Assembly: GCF_000195855.1 (NCBI RefSeq) | Contig: NC_002677.1 | Coordinates: 3,180,001 to 3,212,000 of the forward strand | Reading direction: 5' to 3' | Source of the DNA: Mycobacterium leprae TN | GTDB lineage: Bacteria > Actinomycetota > Actinomycetes > Mycobacteriales > Mycobacteriaceae | DNA length: 32,000 bases | Shown here: positions 10,775 to 20,849 of the stretch, in pieces | Numbering within the stretch: the stretch's first letter is position 1 | Layout: the number at the start of each line of letters is the position of its first letter | The notes under the pieces: generated by a model | The model's input: the letters and a program-made list of their open reading frames with translations, nothing else | The model's database searches: none | What the model was told of the DNA's origin: nothing | Made by a program: the position numbers and the translations under genes

Positions 10775-11530
10775 ATGTATCAAGCGGTTCGTTATCTACT
10801 TGTCATGGCCGCGATCATCCTGATGGCGGTGGCAGAATCAGGCAGCCCTAGCGTGGCCGCTATCCCTGCACTAAAGCCGACCCCTGAAGTTGCTTCGGTG
10901 CTGCCTACTAACGGCGCGGTGGTGGGTGTGGCTCATCTGGTGGTGGTGACGTTCACCGCACCGGTGACGGACCGCTCCGCCGCTGAGCGGTCGATTCGTA
11001 TAACATCGCCGAACAACATGACCGGCCACTTCGAGTGGCTTGATGGAGATGTCGTGCAGTGGATTCCAACCAAGTATTGGCCCGCCTACACTCATGTATC
11101 GGTCGAGGTTCAGGCGCTGACGACGGGCTTCGAAACCGGTGACGCGTTGCTCGGCGTTGCCAGCCTGTCCACGCACACCTTCACCGTCAGCAGAAACGGA
11201 GAGGTACTCCGTACCATGCCGGCGTCCATGGGTAAGCCCACCCGGCCGACACCGATCGGTAAGTTCACCGCATTGTCTAAGGAGCGCACCGTCGTGATGG
11301 ACTCACGAACCATCGGTATTCCGCTAAATTCTCCCGAAGGGTATTTGATCACCGCGCAGTACGCGGTTCGGGTTACCTGGAGCGGCGTCTACGTACACTC
11401 AGCCCCATGGTCGGTGAACTCACAGGGTTACACCAACGTCAGTCATGGATGTATAAACCTAAGCCCAGACGACGCCACATGGTATTTCAACACCGTTAAC
11501 GTCGGTGACCCGATCGAAGTGGTGGCCTAA
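10775..11530 (+). CDS. ldtA: L,D-transpeptidase (YkuD domain, LdtA/LdtMt1-like), secreted/anchored
   Basis: Intact ORF (track ORF starts at 10742; homology favours the internal ATG at 10775, MYQAVRYLLVMAAIILM). YkuD motif 'VYVHSAPWSVNSQGYTNVSHGCINLSPDDATWYF' and N-terminal Ig-like region 'VASVLPTNGAVVGVAHLVVVTFTAPVTDR'. Confidence 0.95.
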   Translation: MYQAVRYLLVMAAIILMAVAESGSPSVAAIPALKPTPEVASVLPTNGAVVGVAHLVVVTFTAPVTDRSAAERSIRITSPNNMTGHFEWLDGDVVQWIPTKYWPAYTHVSVEVQALTTGFETGDALLGVASLSTHTFTVSRNGEVLRTMPASMGKPTRPTPIGKFTALSKERTVVMDSRTIGIPLNSPEGYLITAQYAVRVTWSGVYVHSAPWSVNSQGYTNVSHGCINLSPDDATWYFNTVNVGDPIEVVA

Positions 11531-14494
11531 CGTGAGGCAACCGCGGTGTCGCTACGCGAGGAACACAACATTGTGCGGACTAACGGGCACATTACGACGG
11601 TTTGCCGACGGACTTCGTAGCCGAGGTAGTCACCTCACAGTTTGCAAAGGTGTACGGCGGCTAGCGGTCCGACGACGTGATGAACCCACACGATGACGAG
11701 CTATTCTCGGATGTGTTCGTGGCCTGGCTACTCGAAGCTGGCCACGACCTCCAGCGGATCGATGACTATGACCAAATAACTAAGGCGTTTCGAACCCGCT
11801 CTGCGGGCTTTGCAGTACAAGCAGCGGTCAGCCCATTGATAGCTTATCAGAATCCGGAATAGCCGACGGATATTCGGCTAAAGGTAGTGCAGACAGCCAA
11901 AATTGTTGTGTATAAAAGATATTCCGCATCCATCGCTGGTTTTAATCGAACAAGTACGTTACGGATCTGCGGATACTTGGACCGGTTTAACCCGCGACTA
12001 TGCTGGCTGCGCAGTACTTGCGGGGCAGCCAGCCTACCGAAGAGAATCCGACATTCGGATCTAAAACGTGCAGAAATTGGGTAAGTCGTTGAATTGACCG
12101 GCGAGCCACAACAGCAGCGGAATGATGGATGCGACCACCGCGCCGTCAGCACGTGGTTGATTGAAGTCTTTTCAAGGAACGACGGCTCCTCGGTGGTCTA
12201 GAACTGGACATAGGCTCCCTGCTTGCACCAAGCATGTCCGAGTGGGTTTGAGATGCGTACACGGCACCAACGGATTATAGTAATTACTGGCGCTGAATAC
12301 CGGTAATTTTTTTACTTTATAGCGCTAGATCAGCTGAATATCAAAAATTTCTTGACCGGCTCTTCATTGACAAGTTTATCCATATCGTCGTTGAAATATC
12401 CGCGGAGATTCCGTAACTGGAATTTGAGCAGCTTTTCATCGATGCATTGGGGGCGAGTTCTTGGCCAGTAAATCTTCACCGTACAGAGTCAACAACTCGT
12501 TAATCACTGCAGCCTATTACGGATAGGAATAAATGGTCCCATGGAGTAAAATCCGGCGTGCCGAACAGGGCGTTGCCGTCGATATAGTGCAGCGTTTCGG
12601 ACTAGGTTGACGGACAATACATCAGAATGGGCACCCATTACATTCCTCGCCCCAGGGCGTAGGCCAACGCAAGTAGGTACGCTGAGGCCAGCATTGTTTG
12701 TGGCCAGGTCCTCATAGTCGGGTCATGACTATGAGGACCTGCGGGCTACCAGCGTCGCTACAAACGGATTCTTCCTAGCTAGCCATGCAGTAACAACTAC
12801 AGTGGCCAGTGTATTACCTGGCTGAACAGCCGGGGTGGAACGCAATGGTACCCTGATCCTGGATGTTCGGCTCGTAGCCGAGCCCCCCTTTCCGGGACCA
12901 GGGATTAATCCGGGTCGAAGTGCGGGCTGGTTTATCGTGATCAGCCGGCTGCGGGAGTTGGTGCTGCGGTAGGCGGCTTTGCTGCAGCACCTGGGTTGAA
13001 GGCAGGGGGCTCAAGCACTAAAACCTCATTGGCTCGGTGCGAATCAACTCGGGTGGGCTAGACTGGGCGACAACGAGTCGGGTGGTGTATGGGATTCCGC
13101 GTCCTGACTTTGATAGCCTTCGAAATAAAATTGGCCTTCGGTAGTTCCCGACGAACATATCTCACCAAACCCACGGTAACACAAAATTAAGCTAAATGCA
13201 GGTGCAACAATGAAATTAAGGTACCCGAAGCATGGCCGGGAGATTACCGACGGCGCCAACGCTTAAACAAACAGAACCGGGAAGGAAAACCCGCAACTAA
13301 TTAAGCAATCCATTTTTTATCGCGGTGGCTTGCTGCTACCGAATATAGGCTACAAACCCTTGGATCGATCGGATCGTTGGTACACTGTCGAATTTAAGAT
13401 TCACGAACGCTTTACCCTCGATAAATTGGCATACCGACGCCGGTGGAGAATTGCTGGTGCAGACCGGGATAAGGAAGGAGGTGCTGACCGAGCGATTGTC
13501 ATTGGTAGTCCGTTACTGCGAAAATTGGCGGGAACACAAGAGGCCGATAAATGGCCGCACAGGCCCATGGCCGGAAATGTCTTACCACCTATGTGTATGT
13601 GCGACAACGCATAAGCTTCGATACACAAGTAAGGAGCTGAAGATGACGGCGGCGGTGATGCGTGTTGTGCGGTTCGACCGTTACGGAGGTCGTAGCGTGT
13701 TATAATTAGCCAACGTCTATATGCCGCTGCACAGTCGTGGCGAGATAGTGACCGATTTTCACACAGACGGCATCAACCTCCGGCGAAGACACCAGCAGCG
13801 GCGGTGCGGTGCACGAGATAGACATTCCCCCGCCGAGTTTTCGTTCGGCGAGGGCCGCCGACCTTACCTGCGTAGTGACCGCCGTGTTGCCTGACGTCGT
13901 CGAGTTCTTCGTCGACGACGAGGGCCCGGGGTGCAGCTTCCACTGCTCCAGCCACGCCATTCACACCGGTGGTCCGTTGGGGCAGTTGATCCCGAAACCT
14001 CCCTTAATTGAGTTGGGAGGTAGCTGGTTCGCTGTATGTTGTCGAGAGGCGGCGTAGACAGCCTTGTCGTGCAGTTGTTGGTTCTGCTCAAGGAGCAAAT
14101 GTTGGCATTTATAGGGCCAAGCAACGCCGACTGACTGCGCTCGTGTGGCGTCCTCCGGATCACCTACGAGACACGTTTTCCAGAGTCTGGCCAAATCCGG
14201 CTGCGGAAGACGAGGCCGAACGGAATCGACGCGTTCATCGACTTGTGCGTCCCGACTACGTTCAGTTGGCGATGGATTTTAGTGTAGCCTTGGAATGGGT
14301 CAACACACCATCATCTTTATTGTCCCTTTGCAGCAAGCCGGCAAGGCTGGCACCAGAAGTGGATAAAAGCGTATCAACTGTTGGCACCGGGACCGCACGC
14401 TGCGGCGATCAGCTACCGTGCCACCCTAGAGGTCGGGTGCGCCGCAGGTGTTTGGGGACAGTGACACACACGGCAAAAAATCATTCTGCTGCTA

Positions 14495-14548
14495 CGTGTT
14501 GAGCAGTTTGAGACGCCACTATTGTGGCGTCTCAAACTGCTCAACACG
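14495..14548 (-). terminator. Perfect 25-bp-arm inverted repeat with 4-nt loop, probable intrinsic-type terminator of the NRAMP-family gene
   Basis: cgtgttgagcagtttgagacgccac - tatt - gtggcgtctcaaactgctcaacacg; arms 14495-14519 and 14524-14548. The transporter stop codon (complement) is 14549-14551, immediately adjacent. On the minus strand a T-run (attttttg) follows ~15 nt beyond the hairpin. Confidence 0.85.
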
Positions 14549-16405
14549 CTAACCGACACCAACCTGGACAACTTTAACCACAACCAACACGCAGGCCAGC
14601 ACCAAATAACCACGTAGCATCAACAACCCTATCCGACGCACCGGCGACATGACCGGCCGATCTAGGTTCGCTAAAACGGGCATAGTCCAGTTTGCGCGAC
14701 GCTCATCACACAAGGCTCTTCTTTCAGCACGCGTCAGTCTCGCTAGCGCATCGAACTGCGCTTGTTCGGAACCCGAGCAACTAGGCTGCTGCGCGATGCC
14801 CCCGGCGCCGCGACGCTCAGCTAACCAGCCGGCTACAATGACAGCAGCAGCCCCAACAACACCAAGCGCGGTGCCGGCACCCAAGCCACCCACCATGGCC
14901 GCTGTCGATAAGTTGGGGAACAATGTCACCACAGTCAACATCAGCGATAACACCACCAGCGACCACACGATCATCCACGCAAAAACATTCTGGCGTGCAG
15001 TGTTCACCCACGGACCCAGCACTGGGCGATCATTGCACAGCAGCACCAAAAACACAGTTGCCGAAGGCAGCAGCACACCGGCGAGCGCCTGCACACCTTG
15101 CGTGATGAGACCGAGGATGTGACCAGGGCTGAACGCGACCACAGCCGATATCCCAAGAAGCGCTGTGTAGCTACCGTAAAACAGTGGGGCTTCGGTAATT
15201 TTCCAATGCAGCGAATGAGGCTTGCCCAGAGCATCGCCGAGTGCATATGTAGTGGCAAGCCCAACGACATTGGCACCTATCAACGACGCGTCCAACAAAA
15301 TGATCGCGAACAATACACCTATCGGGTGCCCGACGTGATCGGATAAGTGGGATGCTACCGCCCCTGCATCAGTGAAGTTGCCAGAGTCAGCTGTACCGGC
15401 GAGCCCGAAAGCAGTTGCCGACATCAGGGCGATAGCCCCTGCCATGACACCGACGATACCGACAACCAGATCGGCTCGGCCATAACGCATCCAGCGCGGC
15501 GTGATGCGCTTGTCAACCACACTAGACTGTTGAAAAAACAATTGCCAAGGCGCCACCGTGGTGCCCACAATCGCCATGATGACCAGCAACACAACGGAGG
15601 TCGGGGAATCTGGCTTGCCGGGCAATGACGGCAGCAGTCCGTGCAGGCTTGGGCCCAGGGCAGGATGCACCGACAACACCAGCGGGATGACAGCAACATT
15701 TACCGAAATCAGCATGAACATCACCTGCTCCCAACGACGGAATGAGCCACCGGCGACCATCGCGAACAACAGCACTGCGGCAACGGGTATAGCGATCGTC
15801 TTCGGGCAACCCAAAAAATCTAGCGCCAATGACACACCGATGAATTCGGTGACGATTGTCAAAGCGTTGAGGATCAACAAGTCACCAACGCTGAAAGCAC
15901 CCCAAAACTTGCCGAACCGCTCGAAAATCAGTCGTGCATGCCCAACCCTGGTAACCGCACCCAACCGGAGCACCATCTCCTGGTTGACATACAGAACCGG
16001 GATCAGGAGCACCAGTGTCCACAACAAGTTCATCCCGTACTTCTGTCCGGCCTGTGCGTAGGTAGCGACACCACCGGCATCGTTGTCACCAATCATCGCA
16101 ATCAGTCCCGGACCTGTGATAACCATCATCAATCGCAGTTGTTGCCAACGACTGCGGCTCGCATGGGTGACATCCCACCCTATGCGGCCAAACGCACCAA
16201 CGATGTCACCGACGTGTGCGGAATCCAGCACAGATGAACCGGACGTGTCGGGTGTTACCCGTGGTGTAGCACAGTTTTTGACACACATGATGGCGTCACC
16301 GGTGGTAGGCGGGACCGCTACGGCACTGATTGCATCAGTAGAAATGTAAGTCATTGGATTCTCGCTATTATCGACGGGCTCGTGCTCAAAGATGATGAGC
16401 GACAA
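14549..16405 (-). CDS. Divergent NRAMP-family metal ion transporter with N- and C-terminal extensions
   Basis: 618 aa intact ORF, many hydrophobic helices. TM1 'MMVITGPGLIAMIGDNDAGGVATYAQAG', TM6 'IMAIVGTTVAPWQLFFQQSSVVDK', plus 'LLDASLIGANVVGLATTYALGDALG', typical of the NRAMP fold. Start codon uncertain. Confidence 0.85.
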   Translation of the reverse strand: MSLIIFEHEPVDNSENPMTYISTDAISAVAVPPTTGDAIMCVKNCATPRVTPDTSGSSVLDSAHVGDIVGAFGRIGWDVTHASRSRWQQLRLMMVITGPGLIAMIGDNDAGGVATYAQAGQKYGMNLLWTLVLLIPVLYVNQEMVLRLGAVTRVGHARLIFERFGKFWGAFSVGDLLILNALTIVTEFIGVSLALDFLGCPKTIAIPVAAVLLFAMVAGGSFRRWEQVMFMLISVNVAVIPLVLSVHPALGPSLHGLLPSLPGKPDSPTSVVLLVIMAIVGTTVAPWQLFFQQSSVVDKRITPRWMRYGRADLVVGIVGVMAGAIALMSATAFGLAGTADSGNFTDAGAVASHLSDHVGHPIGVLFAIILLDASLIGANVVGLATTYALGDALGKPHSLHWKITEAPLFYGSYTALLGISAVVAFSPGHILGLITQGVQALAGVLLPSATVFLVLLCNDRPVLGPWVNTARQNVFAWMIVWSLVVLSLMLTVVTLFPNLSTAAMVGGLGAGTALGVVGAAAVIVAGWLAERRGAGGIAQQPSCSGSEQAQFDALARLTRAERRALCDERRANWTMPVLANLDRPVMSPVRRIGLLMLRGYLVLACVLVVVKVVQVGVG

Positions 16406-17329
16406 GGCGCGCTAAGCAGGGGACATCGCCCGCCGCTGGGTGAGTTATAGCAGGACAGACCAGGGTGGTTCTCCGCACTGACCGACGGATAACCGCCTAG
16501 CTAGCTATTATCGAAATAGCCATCCGCGACAGATACCGGTCGGCCCGCTCCTGCGGAGTCAGGAGGCGCCGGGTTCCCCGACGTTTGGTTCGCAACCGCA
16601 ACGCACGCAACATTGACCATTCGGTCACCCTAGTAGCACAGATAACATGTTGTGCACCAAAAAAGATCATGATCGTTCTCCTACCAGGAACCCAATCGGC
16701 AGGTGGCATTCAATAACGTCATGCACAACGGCTTTCAAAACACCGAGACGCACCTGGGCATGGGCTGCAACCCAGAGCATAGCGACAGATGCATACGGAA
16801 CATCCGAGAAAGCTCAGGCGGAAGAAGGAACACCGGAACTGGATCGGGACAAGACAATTTTTTTCACATACGGACTGTCACTCGGACTCATCTCGCCCTC
16901 ACCTCCTCACGGCCGGGACACACGCGGGTGTCGGCTATATTTAGTCACCTGTAGGTAAGAAGCAGAAACATTCAGCAGGAAACCGCCGAACGCATCCCCT
17001 CATCGCCGGAGCTTAGGCACTGCACAGCATATCTGGACCAACGTCCAGAAACCACTTGGACTTGGACCCAACCCTGGGAGTTGTCTTGACCCGATGCATC
17101 TCTCGACGTCCGGGATCGGTGGCCTATATCCATGCAGAAGCCTCACCTACCGAGGTGCTTGCATTCCCATGCTTACACCCGACACCCGGTGCTCGTCAAA
17201 CGCCTTAGTACAGAATCTTAAATCTTAAGAAGCTTAGATTGGCATTTATGGTCAGCTTCACGCTTCCGTCGTTTGGTAGAGGCAGTCAAATATCCGGCTA
17301 GGTCGTGGTGGCGGTCAACCGAATGTATG

Positions 17330-17930
17330 CCGAGGCGAAAAGTCAGACGTCACTGTTGAGCTAGAAGGTGGACGAGCTCGAACAGATGTAGTTGACGAGC
17401 GAACAAGAACGCACCGACGCGCTGGCGTGACTTCATACATAATACATACCAGTATCCCCCACCCCGAAGCCGGCCTACTGCTTACGTATTGGTACGGACT
17501 AATCCGTACCAATACGGTGGTCGAATTTGGTACGTCGTTTAGCAGCCACGCCATCCACCTCGCGGCGGTAATACGACCCCACAATGACAGCGGCGATTGG
17601 TCCGTTCCGGCTGAACTCAGCGCCACCAAGAGCGCCGGTGCGAAACAAATGTTCAACACGAACGGATTGAACTACCTGATCACCGTTCTAAAAGAACGAT
17701 ACGCTTCGAACCTGGTAAAAATCCACAGATCAGTTGAGTTCGTTTGATCAACGGTTGGAAGGAGCGATAATCTGCCAAAAAAACCGCTCGAACCGTAGCT
17801 GTCGATGGGAGAATTGACTGTTGCTGACAACACGAACATACCCAAAACCCAACCATACCTCGATTACGCACGTAATCCAGACAATGGCTACATAATCATC
17901 GTTTATCCGGTCAAAATCTCAGCAGTATAA
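17330..17930 (+). pseudogene. Decayed class I SAM-dependent O-methyltransferase pseudogene
   Basis: 'HPEAGLLLTYWYGLIRTNTVVEFGTSFSSHAIHLAAVIR' (SAM-binding motif I-like VEFGTSFS), 'NTNGLNYLITV', then in another frame 'MGELTVADNTNIPKTQPYLDYARNPDNGYIIIVYPVK' (17803-17920), resembling the 'VVADN...YLxYVRDPxNGY' C-terminal region of this family. Confidence 0.7.
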
Positions 17931-17960
17931 AACCCGATTAGGTACGGCAGTAATTAACAA

Positions 17961-20156
17961 CTACTTCAAAGATTCTTCTAGCCAAGGTGTCAACCATTTG
18001 ACGCCTTCCGGAGTGAGGTGGACACCGTCGCTGCGCACCTTAATTCCGTCGACCTTAGCGGTGTAAACACCGTCCGGACATAGCTTTTTGTTCAGATCGA
18101 GGATCTGTACGTTCGAATGTTGACTAACTGTATTGCGCAACATGGTGTTCCACTGGTTAACTCGATCCGGTTGGTCTTCTGGATACAACTGACCATCAGG
18201 CTTTTCGCCGCCGCGGCTGTATGGCACCGTGGCAACGACCACTCGAACACCAGAGGAGCCCAGGATATTCAGTGCTTGCTGCAGCTCCGCATTGAGGTAA
18301 GAGTCGAAAGTTGGATCGCCGATGTGTGTCCACTGTCCTTCGTTAACGCGGTTTACCGTCTCCCAGCGACCTATAATCAGCAGTGCGACATTTGGATGAT
18401 CTTTGTTGATCTGAGTCGACCACCTGATGGGCCAGTTATCACATTCTGGTCGTTGCTCCAGAGTTTGGCCAATATACTGATACGGCGTGCCACGCACCAG
18501 ACTGCAGCCGATGACGGTGTGGTCGATAAAGGCGAATCCTGGCGTCGGCGGAAGATAGTGCATCCAAGTCCACCCGATCGAATCACCAAATACCGCAACA
18601 GTAAAAGGCTGGTTAGGATCTCGCGTACTCGAAAGTTTTCCTCTCGGCGGGGACGGTGATACGGCCGCTACCGTCGACACTTCCGGCGGCAGAGCAATAT
18701 CACGCAAACCCGTTTCGGTTCCCACCGGAATCACCCACATCGTCGCCGCAGCGGCACTAGCGACAGTGGCCGCAGCCAACGGCAATAACGGCACTCGTAC
18801 CGGTCGCCAGTGGCGAATGGGTTGTTCGATCAACCACCAGGATACTGCCGCCACTGCCACTGTCGCAGAACACCGAGAGGCAAACAGTGGGACTCCGGAC
18901 CACCCGGTGCGCTCGCCGTTGAGCGCCAGGAAAATCGGCCAGTGCCACAAGTAAATGCCGTACGAAATAGTGCCCAGCCACACCAGCGGGCGCAATGCAA
19001 GTAGGCGGGCCACCGTTCCACGCTGTTCCAATGCCACCGGCGCGATCACGATGACGGCCGCAATTGCGACCCCGATCAGCAGGCCGTGACGGAAGTCACC
19101 GGCCCCTCCCGTTGCATAGTGTGTAGCCGCCGCCAACCCTGCCAGACCAAGGACCGGTAGGAACCGAGCGATCAACTGCCCCCACCGAGTCCTAATCAAG
19201 CACCAACCACGGTTTAGCGACGGCCAATCCCGAACCAGCAGAGCCGACGCCGCGGCGCCAACCAGCAACGCTTGCGCACGGGTATCGGTGCCGAAATAGA
19301 TGCGGTCGCGTGTAACGTCGCAAACACGGGCGATGGCGACTGTGGCAGAAGCTAAGGCTCCCAATGAGGCGAGCACAAAGACAGCCAATCTAACGGCACC
19401 GAGGGTCGCGTAGCGGCAACGCCGCCTGGCCCTCGCGGCCAACAGTAAAGTTACCGCGATCAACAGCAGTGGCCAGACAAGGTAGTACTGCTCCTCCACC
19501 CCAAGCGACCAGGCATGCTGCAGGGGCGAGGGAGGCGTACCTTGTGTGAAATAGTCGGCCTTATGGACCACGAAGCGCCAATTCGCTACCCACAAAAACG
19601 TTGCTATCGCATCGTTCCGTAAGTTGGTGAGCGCCTGGTACGGAAAAAGTTCGCGAGCAATGCCTACGGTGAGCACCATCAACACCAAAGCTGGCAGTAG
19701 CCGGCATGCACGCCGAATCCAGAAGTTGATAGCGTCGATACGCCCCGTGTGTCGCAGCTCGTCAAGCAGCAACGACGTAATCAGAAACCCACTGAGGACA
19801 AAAAAGAGATCGACGCCGATGAATCCGCCGCTCAGGCCGGGAATGCCACCGTGCTGAGTGAGCACCAACGCAACCGCTATCGCACGAAGACCATCTAGCG
19901 CTGGAATGCCGTTACGCCGCTCGGGTTGGTTCCAAATCCTCAGCAGACCAACACGCCGCACAGGAGCAACCCATCGAGGATGCCGAGCAAAACAAGCCGG
20001 CGCGGGATAAATCCCGCCCGGCTCAGCGTGCGCGGTTAGCGCCCTGACCACCAAGGCGTCCGGCGCCATAGTTGCTGCCGATACGTCGCTGCTCCTCCTG
20101 TTGATTCCCGCAAGCTTAGATGCAGCACAAACCAGATACCGGCTAAGACACACCAC
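17961..20156 (-). CDS. Membrane acyltransferase (OafA/YrhL-type acyltransferase-3 domain) fused to C-terminal SGNH-like domain
   Basis: Up to 731 aa ORF (true start possibly internal). 'RNGIPALDGLRAIAVALVLTQHGG', 'GGFIGVDLFFVLSGFLITSLLLDE', 'HAWSLGVEEQYYLVWPLL', 'LVWLGTISYGIYLWHWPIF', and C-terminal 'VAVFGDSIGWTW' and 'RSDGVHLTPEG' (GDS and DxxH of SGNH hydrolases). Corresponds to the M. tuberculosis Rv0111-type gene. Confidence 0.92.
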   Translation of the reverse strand: MVCLSRYLVCAASKLAGINRRSSDVSAATMAPDALVVRALTAHAEPGGIYPAPACFARHPRWVAPVRRVGLLRIWNQPERRNGIPALDGLRAIAVALVLTQHGGIPGLSGGFIGVDLFFVLSGFLITSLLLDELRHTGRIDAINFWIRRACRLLPALVLMVLTVGIARELFPYQALTNLRNDAIATFLWVANWRFVVHKADYFTQGTPPSPLQHAWSLGVEEQYYLVWPLLLIAVTLLLAARARRRCRYATLGAVRLAVFVLASLGALASATVAIARVCDVTRDRIYFGTDTRAQALLVGAAASALLVRDWPSLNRGWCLIRTRWGQLIARFLPVLGLAGLAAATHYATGGAGDFRHGLLIGVAIAAVIVIAPVALEQRGTVARLLALRPLVWLGTISYGIYLWHWPIFLALNGERTGWSGVPLFASRCSATVAVAAVSWWLIEQPIRHWRPVRVPLLPLAAATVASAAAATMWVIPVGTETGLRDIALPPEVSTVAAVSPSPPRGKLSSTRDPNQPFTVAVFGDSIGWTWMHYLPPTPGFAFIDHTVIGCSLVRGTPYQYIGQTLEQRPECDNWPIRWSTQINKDHPNVALLIIGRWETVNRVNEGQWTHIGDPTFDSYLNAELQQALNILGSSGVRVVVATVPYSRGGEKPDGQLYPEDQPDRVNQWNTMLRNTVSQHSNVQILDLNKKLCPDGVYTAKVDGIKVRSDGVHLTPEGVKWLTPWLEESLK

Positions 20157-20849
20157 GGTTTTCCTATGCCAGGTTTCCTATCTGGAGCCCTGTTATCTAG
20201 GACGATCCGATTTACATCAGGACCAACCGACTCGTGGTCTTCGCACATTTCTGCGGTACTGGCGTCAAAATCGCTAAAGCCAGCGGCTCATCCAGCAGAG
20301 CATACCACTGTATCTATAGGTTGCTTTTGCTGCTCCAGCGTGATGTACAGACCGCTGGTGTCCGAACAATCATACGTTAAATAGGTCATGTCGTTCAACG
20401 ACTTGTTGGCGGTTGAGATCGGAGTGCGATCACGATCAACGCCATCACGGTCACCGAGATTCGGCGGAAAGTGTAAAGCCTTCGTTTCTCACTGCTCAAT
20501 GACCTGCTCGACCTGAAGATCGTTGAGGTTCATCAAGAAATCCCGACGATACTTATTCCGTCAGAACTGGCAACTATCCTTAACGTCAAGTCCAGAACAC
20601 CAGGACCTGCAAGTGCAATGTATCTACACGACGTCTGCCAGACAAGCAGTCCAGATTACGACCAATGCCTTCTCTACCTCCACGTATCGGTTGCCCCGTG
20701 AGCATGGCACACAGGTACGTCACCAATTGAGTGCCAGAGAAAGCGGATATTGGTTGAACAATAACAGAAAACTGATCGGCTTAAGATGGGTTATTAGTAC
20801 GATTAACTACACCGCCGATGTTTTCGCCTACTGCTGGTGAATTCATGGC

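Noticed and set aside
12861-13015. G/C-rich patches around 12.86-13.0 kb considered as a tRNA or structured RNA
   Set aside because: No cloverleaf could be assembled; several partial complementarities only.
11600-13700. Small ORFs 11677..11862 +, 11847..12152 -, 12814..13014 -, 13044..13259 -, 13330..13614 +
   Set aside because: No recognisable motifs; likely chance ORFs in decayed DNA.
14649-16349. Opposite-strand ORFs over the NRAMP gene (14649..15122 +, 15558..16061 +, 16083..16349 +)
   Set aside because: Arginine/serine/proline-rich low-complexity translations antisense to a clear membrane protein; no family signature.
20166-20520. Possible small secreted protein on the minus strand upstream of the acyltransferase ('MTYLTYDCSDTSGLYITLEQQKQPIDTVVCSAG')
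   Set aside because: Broken by a stop, no family recognised, and could be chance; insufficient support for a feature.
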